From assembly GCA_000004985.1 (NCBI GenBank), contig GG738913.1: a stretch of 64,000 nucleotides of DNA; one strand, 5' to 3'. This stretch comes from Naegleria gruberi (taxonomy: Eukaryota). Of the stretch, positions 1 to 12,000 are shown piece by piece; the stretch's first letter is position 1; every line of letters begins with the position of its first letter. The notes under the pieces were generated by a model, which saw only the letters and a program-made list of their open reading frames with translations, searched no databases and had not been told where the DNA came from. Position numbers and translations under genes: made by a program.

Positions 1-915
1 CAATCTAGTCACCAAATTTCCAATTCCTCATCTTCCATGTTAAAACACAAAGGACACATCAATAGATTCGAATTGTATTTAGAACACAAATCTAGTACTG
101 CACTAGCTCTCTATATCAAAGGACTTTCTCAATTATTTGCTCAACATTTAAAGACAGAAAAGGAAATCCTACATGTTCTTAAAGAGATTTTTGAAATTAC
201 CAATTCAGTTTCCACACAATTTAACGCCCAAAGAGGAAATTTAGAAAATGACACAATTATTTTGACATTTAACACTTCCATAAATGTTAATCATCATGAA
301 TTGAAAGCAGTTGAAGCAGCTAACGTATTACAAGGCAAATTACAAAAACTTTCTGAAAAATGGAACTCTAGTATTGATACTGAACTATTTTACAATCAAC
401 TTAACTTTCGAATTGCAATTTGTAATGATAATACTTTTTGTGGAAATGTTGGAAGTCATGATTGTAAGAATTTTACAAGTATTTCATGTTTGAAACCTCA
501 TTTAGTGAGCTTGTTTGCTAAATCTCAATCCATGAATGTCCAAATTATTCTTTCAGATGCAATTTATAAGAAAGTTTCGTCCAAATTCGAAACTAGATGT
601 ATTGGAAAGATTGATTGGTTGAGTGGAAAGAATGAATTCAGTCTTTTCCCTTCAATTGACCAAACCAATGAACCACCACACCTTACTCATGTCCACGAAT
701 TAGGAAATTCATTGACAATCCAAATGGACGAATGGTTATACGAATTGGAACAAAAAGAAAAATCAAGCAAATGGAAAGTTTACAATGCAGCAATTGATTG
801 TTTTGAAAAGAATGAATTTGAACAGGCAAAACAATTTTTTGAGGAGTTTTTGAGTAAAAATCCGCAAGATATTCCAACTTTGCACATGATTAGAGAATGT
901 GATTTGAAACTATAG
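1..915 (+). CDS. 3' part of a gene (open to the window start) encoding a degenerate class III nucleotidyl-cyclase-homology-like segment followed by a TPR-like C-terminus
   Basis: Frame 1 is open from base 1, before the first listed Met at 37. The residues FRIAICNDNTFCGNVGSHDC...NVQIILSDAIYKKV weakly resemble the RIGIHTG...IQVS..TY cyclase core. The C-terminus KNEFEQAKQFFEEFLSKNPQD is TPR-like. The stop is TAG at 913-915. Confidence 0.4.
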   Translation, partial: QSSHQISNSSSSMLKHKGHINRFELYLEHKSSTALALYIKGLSQLFAQHLKTEKEILHVLKEIFEITNSVSTQFNAQRGNLENDTIILTFNTSINVNHHELKAVEAANVLQGKLQKLSEKWNSSIDTELFYNQLNFRIAICNDNTFCGNVGSHDCKNFTSISCLKPHLVSLFAKSQSMNVQIILSDAIYKKVSSKFETRCIGKIDWLSGKNEFSLFPSIDQTNEPPHLTHVHELGNSLTIQMDEWLYELEQKEKSSKWKVYNAAIDCFEKNEFEQAKQFFEEFLSKNPQDIPTLHMIRECDLKL

Positions 916-974
916 TTTAGTTTCGTATGTATAAAACTAAACTTTGAGTTTACAAAGATTAACAGAAACTACCT

Positions 975-2669
975 TTGGAACTGTCAAAAAAAATGTCGTC
1001 AACAATCAACAGCTTGATAATTGCGCTCACTTTCGTCTTGCTGTTAACTAATCTTGTCGAATGCACCATTAAAAAATCATTTTCACAAGATTTAACACCA
1101 ACTCTCCTAAATCCTCTCCGTGGTTTCGCCAGCTATGAAGATTCGTATAAAACCAACAAGTTTCCACAATCTTTAGAATATCGTTATTTTTCCATGAAGG
1201 AATTAATGAACGGAACACAAAGTTTTACATTTTCAGCAACTTTGGAACCATACTTGAATAATGTCAAGTCAAGAAAGAGACAAGCCATCTTTCGTATATA
1301 TCTTGATTATCCGAATTGTTGTCCTGATGGTCAATATAATACAGGAGTGCCAGATTTTCTATTGACAGGTGCTAATCCAGTTACATTTACATCTTATCCT
1401 GATTATGGTGGTGGTAAATCACCTGATTATTCGAATGAAAGATTAGTTTCGTCCATTGAACAATTAATTGCTGAACTTGCAAGAAAATATGATGGAGACA
1501 ATAGAATTGCATATGTTCAAGTTGGAATTTTAGGATATTGGGGAGAATTCCACACTTATCCAAATACTACATTGATGGCTCCATTGGCCACAAGACTCCG
1601 AGTATTGTCCGCATTTTACAATAATTTCAATATTACAAAATTATTAGTTTCACAAGATTCAATGCAATACTTTTGTCCACCACTTGCTGGAACGACTAAG
1701 AATGCAGGATGTGATGTTTCGGTTACTTCAGCTCCGTATCCAACAGTTTCGTATCCATCTATTGGATTCCACGATGATGCATTTGCGGATTCAACTTATT
1801 CAGCAACCAGTGGTAAAGATTATTACTTTTACAATAGATTACAATCTAGAATTCCAGATATTAATTCATTCTTGACTGCTTCAAATGGAGGTAAGGGAGG
1901 AGGAGTGATGGGTGGTGAATTATATCCATCCTATCAATCGAAAATATTTAAAACAACTTGGACAGGTCAGGATTTCTCACAATGTGTTAAAAAGACCAAT
2001 GCTACATGGTTGTTGAATGATTATGTATTTTCTACTTTGGCTAATTCACCAACTACTGAATGGTATGCTGCAAGAAATGCTTCATTAATGTTGGGTTATG
2101 CATTTACATTGAGAAATGTGGAAATGACAAGTATCACAAGTACTTCATTGACTTTGACATTTGGAATGGAAAATATTGGAAGTGCACCATTCCCATATTT
2201 GGATATTAATTTGGCTGTTTATTTGAAAAATGCAACAACTAAAGCATTGATTGCTTCTAATGAAGCTACTTCAATTTATCAATTGACTCCTGCAAGTGGT
2301 TCACAAAATATTAAGGTAAATTTAAAGTGGTCAACTCCAATTACAACAAGCCCATATGTTTATGTGAATTTGAAGAGTAAGCAAGTTCCATCAACCATCC
2401 CAATTGCATTTGCTGTGAGTGGTGCTCCAACAGATGGTTCAGATTTTTTAGTCATCTCAACTGTTGAGCAAATTTCAACTAATGGAACAACTCCTACCCC
2501 ATCTCCAACACCATCACCACAATCATCTGTCAAGACAAGCTCTAGTACTGGAAATAATGGTGGAATTAAAACAGGAAACTCTACTAGAACAGTTTCAGAA
2601 TCCTCCTTGAATAGTTATGTTTCATCTTGGATCATATTTGCCATTTCTTTAATTTATCTGATTTATTAA
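975..2669 (+). CDS. Secreted, probably GPI-anchored, glycoside-hydrolase-like protein with a Thr/Pro/Ser linker
   Basis: A-rich leader before the ATG. N-terminal signal peptide MSSTINSLIIALTFVLLLTNLVEC. A GILGYWGEFHTYPN motif is reminiscent of DUF4832/GH-like families, but the family is not resolved. C-terminal PTPSPTPSPQSS linker and hydrophobic tail SSWIIFAISLIYLIY. Stop is TAA. Confidence 0.55.
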   Translation: MELSKKMSSTINSLIIALTFVLLLTNLVECTIKKSFSQDLTPTLLNPLRGFASYEDSYKTNKFPQSLEYRYFSMKELMNGTQSFTFSATLEPYLNNVKSRKRQAIFRIYLDYPNCCPDGQYNTGVPDFLLTGANPVTFTSYPDYGGGKSPDYSNERLVSSIEQLIAELARKYDGDNRIAYVQVGILGYWGEFHTYPNTTLMAPLATRLRVLSAFYNNFNITKLLVSQDSMQYFCPPLAGTTKNAGCDVSVTSAPYPTVSYPSIGFHDDAFADSTYSATSGKDYYFYNRLQSRIPDINSFLTASNGGKGGGVMGGELYPSYQSKIFKTTWTGQDFSQCVKKTNATWLLNDYVFSTLANSPTTEWYAARNASLMLGYAFTLRNVEMTSITSTSLTLTFGMENIGSAPFPYLDINLAVYLKNATTKALIASNEATSIYQLTPASGSQNIKVNLKWSTPITTSPYVYVNLKSKQVPSTIPIAFAVSGAPTDGSDFLVISTVEQISTNGTTPTPSPTPSPQSSVKTSSSTGNNGGIKTGNSTRTVSESSLNSYVSSWIIFAISLIYLIY

Positions 2670-2693
2670 AAGATTGATTTTTAGAAATCATTT

Positions 2694-5600
2694 TTATTTG
2701 AATAAGCGAACTAGTTGATAGATTATGAAAATAACCAACATAGCATGGAGAAGGAAATGCACAATCATTGATTTGCTTATCAATGATGACTGCTTTCGTT
2801 CTACAGATTCGAATTGGACGTGTAAAATTCTCATACTTGAAGCCATCAATCCAGCAAATGGAATCCAACTTGGTGCCATGAATGGATATCTTTCTTTCAC
2901 GCCACCAATTTGTTGTCTTTCCTCCATTTGGTATTGCTCTGAAACTAGCTTTGCCTTTCTGTGAAGGGAATGCACAAATGGTTCAGCATCGACAACAAAG
3001 GATTTGAATGGACCTCCCTTATTGAGAGATTTCACAGAGCTTGGTGTGAAGAAATACGGAGCAAAGCCTGACATTTCAAAAAGAATATTACTACCTGGTA
3101 GTTTCTTTTCCAACATTTCGAATATTTGAACAAGTTGTGACTTTTCAAAGTAGAGGAATAGACCTTCTGCAATTACCAAAACTGGAATTGACTCACCAAA
3201 TGATTTTCTTATGAAAGCAAGATCTGAAAATGTTGATTCTTCTAGAATAGATCCACTTTTACATTCGTATAGTGGTTGTTTCGTATTGTCATTATTGTTA
3301 ACAATATTAAAAACTTGTCTTCTCAATTCAATGACATTTGGCAAATCAATATCAATCCAATGCACCTTCTCATTCATTCCAAATAATCTTTCATATCTAG
3401 AACACAATCCACATCCCAAATTAACAATCATTACCTTTTCATGCTTAGCCAAACTCTTACTCACAAATTCTTGTGATTTCCTATCCAAGACAATAGTTCT
3501 CCCAACAATATTAGTTCTGGTAATTCTATCATTCTGAACATCAACAGAGAGATCTTCTGGTAAGTTTTGGAAGATTTTCACAGCAATTGGATCATATAAA
3601 ATTCCATCGCTTTCAAGAGATTCGAGAGCTCTGGAAACGAGTGGAATGTAGAGAGTTCTTTCGAGAGGTGTGAGGACAGAGTTCTTATCTTGAGCAATGT
3701 CTACGTCAAAAGGAGTTGGATTATGTGATGATTGTTGTGGAGAGCCAAGAATGGAATGTGAAATAAGATTCGAATAATGTTTGTCAAGTTGATGTCCACA
3801 ATTCTTAACAGTAATAATATTCAATCCATTTCCTGCAAACTTATTCCAGTTGTTAATTGTATTTCCTGTTACTAATTTATCAAATTCGCCTCTGAGAGCA
3901 ATAACTGGACAGTCAACTTGGTATTTTCCAAAAATGTCATCGTCATAACAATGATATTTCAATAAAAAGTCAAATTGGTGTTTGAAAAGTGGAATTTCCA
4001 TCAAATCTCTAATCTTCTTTGCCTTTTCATCCAAGTTCTCAATTCCTTCTGTTACATTAGGGAACAAGTCAAGATCGACAATTCCATAAATGATCGATTG
4101 ATCTCCCAAAGTTTTAAATTTCACATAAGAATCACCATGAAGCGAATTTCCAGGAGCATTTCCACTAACAATCAATTTTACAGGTTTCTTATTGAACTTG
4201 AATTGAATAAATCTTGTAAATTCAAGAGCAACCAAAGCACCCATGCTGTGTCCATAGATTGTAACCGTATTGGAATTAAATAGTTGATGGACACAATCCC
4301 AAACTTGCATGAAATGAGCAGTCCAATCAGAATTATTTCTCAAATAATCCAAATTAATCACATAAATGGAAAATTCTTCAAGATTTAAATCTCTAAAATC
4401 ATGAACTGTTCCACCAAGTGCTGGAAAACAGAGTAAAACATTCTCTGATGATCTTTCTTGGATAGTTTCTAATAACAAGTGCTTTTCTAATGAATTGGTT
4501 TGATTTGGACTATTAGATTGTTGTGTTAATTGTTGATTGGATGATTTTCCAGAATTGGAAATCATTTCAACAAGAGTAGAAACCGAAACTCCAGATAAGA
4601 GAGTCGAAACTGTAATACTTGATGAAAATTCTCTTGATAGAATATTTCTTATTTCTACACTCATGAGAGAATCAAGACCATAGTCAACAAGTGGTTTCTC
4701 CAGTTGAATTTCACTTTCGTCCATTCCAAAAACTTTGGATACAATATCTGAAACCTTTCTAACAATTCCATCAACGTTAGAATCTGTAGTTGTTGATTTT
4801 CCTTCAATATTTGATTCCTTTCTTTGACGACCAAATGTTACATGAGGTGAAAGTGAATCCTCAGGCATTTCAAATCCAAAGAAGGTCATTGCAGGAGGAA
4901 GATCCATCTCGTGTTCAATCAAATATTCGAAATGATCAAGTAAATCATGAACATGCATAGCTCCAACCCAGAAATATTCATCAACTTCTGCCTTAGTTGC
5001 ATATCCAGCTCCTGTAATCAAACTTAGACCTAAAGATTGTCCAGCCAATCCACAACTTCTTCTATAGCTACACAAAGATTCTAAGAAATAATTTCCACTA
5101 TTATAGTTTGATTGACCGAATGCTCCAACCAAAGAACTGAAAGAGCTCAACATTAAAAAAGTGGATAGATTGCAATTGAGCTTGATTGAACATTGGTGAA
5201 GGTTGAAACCTCCGAGAATCTTTGGTCTGGCAACAGTTTCGTACTTTTCTTTTGTCATCTTATTTGCAGCACAATCGGATAAAACCATTGCTGAATGGAC
5301 AATTCCTGTAATTGGGAATTTTTGATGGATTTCTTGCATTGTTTGATAAAGAGTTGAGTAATTGCAAATATCAGTAATGTAAACATCAATAGATGCATTA
5401 GGGTTATTCAGCATAATCTTGTCAATGATCAATTTTTCAGATTTGTTTGGCATTCTTCTTGTAAGAAGGGCAATGTTTGAGACTTTCATCTTTTCAACAA
5501 GCCATTCGCACATCTTTAATCCAATTCCACCCAATCCTCCACTAATAACCCAACAACCGTTATTCAATATCTTCTTTTGAGATGTCAAAGAATTATAAAT

Positions 5601-8600
5601 AACATTGGAATAAAAGTGAACAAATCTTCCACTTTCAGAATAAACAATTTCATCATGAGTATAAACAGATTCAAGGACATCATCAACAATTTCACCAATT
5701 GAGTTTTCTGAACATTTAGGTTGCATATCAATAACCTTTAACTTCTTTTGGAATATCTCAGTTTGAATTGATCTCAAACATCCAACAATAGAAGATTGAG
5801 AAATGTTACATTCCTGATTGTAACCAAAAACTGAACTAGTTAGAGCAACGAATTTACATCTGCCAGTATTGAACTTGAGTATCTTACAAATTGAGTACAT
5901 AGATTCCACACAATTGGAAACTGTTTCAAACTCGAAAGAGCTTAAAGAAAGTGGCCAACCGAAAATAATTCCACAGATATTCAAAGTTTGATTGAATATT
6001 GATTCGAAATGTTCAAAATCTGCAGGATTAATAACGAATCCAGAATCAAGTTGTTGGAATTTTTCACCTTGAATAATTTTGACAACTTTTACACCTCTAG
6101 ATTTCAATTCTTCACACAATAAATTTTCCTTTTGTGTTTCAGAAGAGAAGAACAACCATCTCTCAACATTTTTCTCTTTCTTCTTTGCTATAATGTAATT
6201 TGCAGTACCAATTGGCAACATGACATTTGAAGGGAAATCACAATCCAATAAAACTTGTTCCCACTCATTTCCTGATAGCAAAGCAGATTGCTTTCTGAAG
6301 GAATCCTTAAAATACCACCATCCCTTCAAAGTACCAACGAAAAAGTGTAAAAATTGAGCTCCAAGAGGATCAGACTCAACTAGGACTAATTGACCATTGG
6401 AAACCAACAAGCTTGAAATGAGTGAAAAGACGGATTTCAAATCTTGAGTAGCATGAACAACATTAGCAGCGATTACCAAATCAAACGAATCCTTTTCAAT
6501 GAATTCTGAAGAAACAAATGGCTTTTCAATATCTAATAAAGAAAATTCCATAAAATATTCGAATTGTGCAAACTTTTCCTTTGCCTTCACCAAAAACAAT
6601 GGTGAAATGTCTGTGAAAACATACTTCACATCTATATAATCTCTCAATGAATCAAGAATTGGTAAAATTTGTTTGGTTGTTCCTCCAAGTCCAGCTCCAA
6701 TTTCCAAAATTCTCAAAGTCTTCTTTTTACCATTCTTTGGAATGGAGTTCAAAATAAAATCAAACAATGGTTTAGTTTGATGAGAAACTTCATCATAATA
6801 ATCATTCAATACATGTTCTTTTCTTGAAAATAGGACAGAAACAGGATCTGCCTCACCAGTTAATAATTGCTTCATGTGAATTAAACTATTTTCCACCAAA
6901 TCGATCAGATTGGAATAAAGATCAATTCTTGGAAATTCTCTCAAGGATTTGATAATATTAAATCTATTAGGAAGATCACTAACTACTGTATAAGTATCTG
7001 AATCATATTGGACAAGATTCATTTGTAAAGCCAACTCAATAGTCAATTGAGCAAGTCTCTTCAAATGTTCTGGTTGAATCCTAGAATTCAAAACAGAAAG
7101 CTCGATAGTAGAACTTTCACATAACTCTTGGAATACATTCAAACAATATTCAACACAAACCTTGGTAACAAATCTATTAAGAGATTCGTGTTCGTTTGAG
7201 TATTCATTGAGTTTGAAATTGAGAATAAACTCTTGCAATGATTCCATAGAAGGAAGAATAGATTTAGAATAGATTGGTTGTGGTGCAAAGTTTGATGATA
7301 CAATAGAAGTTTCTTGAAGTTTCTTTTCTTTGGTTTCCAAAGGTGAAACTTTGAAACCATTGAAAGAAATAAATGGCTCATTAGATTCTCCCAAAACTTG
7401 TAAATCACAAGTAATTTCTTTTGTTTGAGCATTCTTCGAATATTTAACACATCTGGTGATGGTGTGTTTCGAATTGTTTGGTTTTCTATGTGGGATGATT
7501 GTAATTTCGTCTGTGGAAATTGGAAGATAGGTTGTATCCTCTGGCATTGAACAAATCATCATTTGGAAACATGAATCAAGCAATGCAGGATGCCATGTAC
7601 AATATCTTTCGTCATTTTCCAAAGCTTTTGGATGGGAAATTTGTGCCATCAAAACTTCTCTTGTTTCGTCATGTCCAACTTGGCTGTACAAATCCAATCC
7701 TTGGAAACAAGGTCCATAATTGAGGCCACATTTGGACAGATTGAAATAGATATTCTCCTTATGAATGTTTTGTGTTTTTTCATCAAGATTTTCTGTGAAA
7801 TTTCTGAAAATATCAAAGGCTTTCAATTCTCTGTTTGTGAAATTGATGGAATCACCAGAATTAGAAGAATCTAGAGTTTTGAAAGAACCAAAGGCATGTA
7901 AAGTCCAATCACAAGGTAGCTTATTTGATAACTTGGAAGGATCTTTGGAAATTTCTGAATAATTAATAGATAACAAGTCAACCTTCTTTTTGCTGAAAAT
8001 TCTAAACTCATTAGCATACAAATTCAAATGAACTTGAACAATTCTAGGCTCTTGTTGTAAAATCATTGGATTTACCACTTTGAAATTGACTAGACGAAGC
8101 TCTTCAACATTCTTGGACGAGTTATCAAGAATTGCTGCAGAACTAATCTCAACGAAACCAGAATATGGGAAGAATACTTCATTTTCAATCTTGTGATCTC
8201 TAATATACATTTGATCAGTGTTAGAACTAATATCAATAAGACTCTCATAGATAATATCTGGAGAATTTTCCATTGGATTGAATTTTCTGTTACCCAAAAG
8301 TGGATGATTAATAGTTTCGAATTGACCAATTCTCCATCTCAAAGATTCATAAGATTCTGACCAACAAGATTGTTTCTGGAAAGGATATTTAGGAATTCCA
8401 TCCAATATCTTACTATTCTCTCCATATCTATTAATTTGTTTCCAATCAAGTTTAGAATATCCATTCACAAACAATGAGGAGACAACTTGTAACAAACTCA
8501 TTTGTTCATCCTTCTTTCTAATCAATGTTGGAATTACAGAAATAGAATCTTCATTTCCTAATGAAGAAGACGAAATATCCTTAATGTATCCATTCAAAAC

Positions 8601-11184
8601 CGGATGGGAAGATATTTCAATAACATATTTGATTGAGTTTTTGTAAGTGTGAAAAATCTCTTCCATAGCTTGTGAAAACAAAACCTTCCCTCTGACATTA
8701 TTCCACCAATATTCTGGTGTTGACATTTCTTGGAGGTTTGACTTTCTTCCAGTGACAGTAGAGAAAACGGCTTGAATATTATCATTTGGTTTGGTTCCTC
8801 TTTCCTTTTTTGAGATTCTATTAGAAAGAACTTCTAATAACTCTTTCTTGATTACTTCCATATGGCTGGTATGGAATGCAGCTTCATTTCTCAAAAAGAC
8901 ACAGTTGACTCTTGAGTTTGGTTCATTTTCCACATACTTGGTGAGATCAAGTTGCAATTGTTTCAACACATGTTCTTCACCACCAACTACAACGGAGGAA
9001 TTACTATTTACAGATGCAATCTCAACAGTATTGTTAAATCCAAGAATATCCAAAATTGAGGCCAATTTGTCCAATCCTAAATTGATAGCCATCATTTTAC
9101 CTGTTTTAGAAAATTCTTTCAAGATGGTTGCACATTTGTTTTGCAATCTTGCTCTATGATAAATCAAGAATACAGCTTCCTCTAGAGTGAGGCATCCATG
9201 CACGTATGCAGCTGTCACTTCTCCAACTGAATGTCCAACAACAATTCGAGGAGTGACTCCATATGATTTCAATACTTCATAACAACCACATTGTACTGCA
9301 AAGATACATGGTTGAGCAATGTTGGTTGAGTAAATTCTGGTGTCCTTTTCTGTTCTTGTAGTCAACTCTTCTACAATTGACCACTTGTCATTGGTTGGCA
9401 TTATCTTTTGCATTTCTGAATCAATTCTTTCAACTGTGGCAGAGAAAACATTGTTGGTTTCCAATAATTGTCTTCCCATAGCAAACCATTGAGGTCCTTG
9501 TCCAGAGAAAACAAAGCAAATATCGGATTTTTCTTCTCTCTTGCTTGAGTTACCAATGCTAGTTGATTCATTAGATGAAAAATTGGAGGACAATTGGAGG
9601 AGCTTTTCAACGAGCTCATCTTTGTTGTTGTAAATGATAGAAGCTCTGTAGTCTCTGAATTGACTCTTCTTTTCACAATAGTTGAAAAGTAAATCATCTT
9701 GATTGCATTGAGCTGAAAACTCAGCAACGCTACTAGACATCATCTTGAGTGAGTATTCACTCTTGGCAGAAAGTGGAAGAATTCTAATACCTTCTGATAT
9801 GCTATTCTTTCTTTGATGTTCTAATTGCTCAACACTTTGCAAGATGCAATGAGCATTAGTACCACCCATACCAAAGGAATTAATTCCAATAATAACAGGA
9901 TTGATATTAGAAGGGATTTCTTCTTCTTGCATGACAACTCTAATTTGTTTCTTCTCAAACTCAATGTGAGGATTGAGTGTGCTCTCAGTGCAATGAATAC
10001 TCTTAGCTATCTTCCTATGTTTCATCATGAGAATAGCTTTGATAATACTTGCAATCCCACTTGTTGCCTCTGTGTGACCAATATTACTCTTGACAGAACC
10101 AATTGGTAACTTGTCAAGTTTGTGCTTTCTTCTTTCTCTTCCAAAGAATGAATCAAGAGCTTGAGTTTCAATCTTATCTCCAATAGTAGTTCCAGTTCCA
10201 TGACTTTCAACATAATAAACATGTTGTGGAGGAATGCCACTCTTGTTGTACACTTGTTCCAATAATTCAACTTGTCCTTCCAGAGAGGGCATTGTTATTC
10301 CACTCTTTCTTTCTCCATCGTGATTGACCCAAGTTGACATGATCAAAGCATGAACTCTTTCATGTTGTGAAGAATTCGCATGCTTGTATGTGTTGATGAT
10401 GAGATGATGAATCTAATTTCTTCAAAATTAATACAGCAACACCTTCAGATTTTCCATAACCATCAACATGTGAAGAGAAGGTTTTACATCTTCCATCTGG
10501 TGCTGCTGCTCCAATAAGCTTTTGAGATACAAATTCTTGTGGAATGTAGTTTAAATTAACTCCAGCAACAATGGCCATTTCGCATTCATCTCTCTGTAAA
10601 CTTTCACATGCACAATTGAGTGCTACCAAACTTCCTGAACACATGGTATCGAGAGTGAATGACGGGCCTCTCAAATCGAAATGATACGAAATCCTGGCAG
10701 AATTGTTAGCTGGTGAAGAGTTTATCAAACTGTACGAGTTGTAAGTTTGCATGTCATGCCAGCCTTTCATGGTGAGATAATCTTGGTTCATCACAGAACA
10801 AAACACACCAATGTTTCTTCCTCTGATTTCTTCCCATTTAATTCCAGCATCCTCCAAGGCAATGTAAACTTGTTGAAGAAGGAGACGATGTTGTGGATCC
10901 ATGGAGCATGCTTCCTTCTTGGAAATTTCAAAGAATTCAAAATCAAACTCATCTAATGGTTTCTCCAAGAAGTGAGCCCTGTTGTAGGTTTGCTTATTGT
11001 TGTGGAATCTTGATGATTGTCTTTCCTTTGGTATGGTTGAGCTGGTGTCACTACCGTCAAGAAGAACTTGCCAGAATGATTCAACATCCACTGCCTGTCC
11101 AGGGAACATACAACTCATTCCAATGATGCCCATTGGTGAGTTTTCAGCAGAGTTTGATGGAGTAGTAGAATTGATAGAAATCAT
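2694..11184 (-). CDS. Type I iterative polyketide synthase: KS-AT-DH-cMT-KR-ACP-TE with a C-terminal TcmP/LCM-family methyltransferase. The reading frame is broken by a +1 shift at TGA (10360-10362)
   Basis: - The N-terminal ORF 10360..11184 carries the KS start IIGMSCMFPG and the active-site DTMCSGSLVAL.
- The downstream ORF continues the KS (VNHDG, HGTGT, NIGHTEATSG).
- AT: GHSVGE.
- DH: HPLLG.
- C-methyltransferase: LEIGAGLGGTT.
- KR: ISGGLGGIGL.
- ACP: LVDYGLDSLMSVE.
- TE: GHSMGALVALE.
- LCM/TcmP-like methyltransferase: LYIPLVSRALES...VNLGCGLCSRYERL.
- No ER domain is present.
- Stop is TAA. Confidence 0.85.
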
Positions 11185-11705
11185 TTTCTTAATTACAAAG
11201 GTATAGAGTGTTGGTCTTTTTTCTTATAAATTAAAAAACAATAATCAAACACCAAACCATTTTAAATCATGAGTGGTCATTAGCAATTTGGAATCAGCAA
11301 TAACAACAATAATTCATTATTGTCTCATACTGCTAGATAAGTCACAAGAACTTGTTACTTTCCTTTTTAAATCTGCCGCTCTCAGCCAAGTCACAAGTTC
11401 AGCCATTATGAACTAGTTTTTTTCAATGGAGTAGTTCAACTAAGAGATTCAGAAGAGTTCGCATCACTGATACTGAAGTGTTTGTTAGTATAAAAGCTTC
11501 GGGAATCACTGATTGTGATAATACAATTCAATTGTGGGAGTTCGGATGTTGATGTTCTTGAGATACGAACTCCTTGTGATGAAAAAGTGTTGATGATACT
11601 AATCACCCCGGTTCCAATAACAAGTTCTGAATGAGAGTCTGGTCAGTGATACGAGCCCTTTTTATTGGCATCTTGATATGGATTGGATAACATTAAAAAA
11701 TTATC

Positions 11706-11951
11706 ATGATTATCTACATACTTGTGGCTATTCCATTTCTGTTTCTTCTCTATGTTGGCTATCTATTGTGCAAGTTGTATGTATTCAACAGATATCCAAA
11801 GAATGTTTTTCTGGCGCCGCACTATCTAACAGAGAATGTTGTCCAAACCAAAAAGTTCAACAAGAATCCTTTCAAGAAAGAAAAACTTGCAGAGCATTAT
11901 GATGCAATCATTATTGGCTCAGGTGTTAGTGGCATTATTTGGGCAAGATGA
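11706..11951 (+). CDS. First coding segment of the RETSAT-like oxidoreductase: N-terminal TM helix plus FAD-binding GxGxxG. The junction to the main ORF is unresolved
   Basis: A-rich leader before the ATG. Hydrophobic IIYILVAIPFLFLLYVGYLL followed by YDAIIIGSGVSG. It ends at an in-frame TGA (11949-11951). The main ORF is in the +1 frame, but a further TGA and a TAG intervene. Confidence 0.45.
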   Translation: MIIYILVAIPFLFLLYVGYLLCKLYVFNRYPKNVFLAPHYLTENVVQTKKFNKNPFKKEKLAEHYDAIIIGSGVSGIIWAR

Positions 11952-12000
11952 TAGGTCCAGAAAGTGAGCTGATGGATCTTCTCTGTGATAGAAAATTGAG

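Noticed and set aside
37-915. Treating ORF 37..915 as a complete gene starting at the first Met
   Set aside because: The frame is open to base 1 and the cyclase-like segment is clearly C-terminal, so the gene continues upstream of the window.
3211-9159. Numerous 60-130 aa ORFs on the plus strand inside the PKS gene, and similar ones inside the NHL, cyclase and kinase genes
   Set aside because: They are antisense or out-of-frame low-complexity ORFs fully nested in strongly supported long CDSs. They have no leaders or motifs and are treated as spurious.
10346-10440. A spliceosomal intron separating the two halves of the PKS KS domain
   Set aside because: On the coding strand the only GT in the interval lies downstream of every AG, so no GT-AG intron, or any intron with a length that restores the frame, can be drawn. 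The break is a +1 offset at TGA.
2694-11184. A Steely-type Dictyostelium hybrid PKS (type I fused to type III chalcone synthase)
   Set aside because: The C-terminus carries a TE and an LCM/TcmP-like methyltransferase, not a chalcone-synthase fold. I therefore make no species or family assignment.
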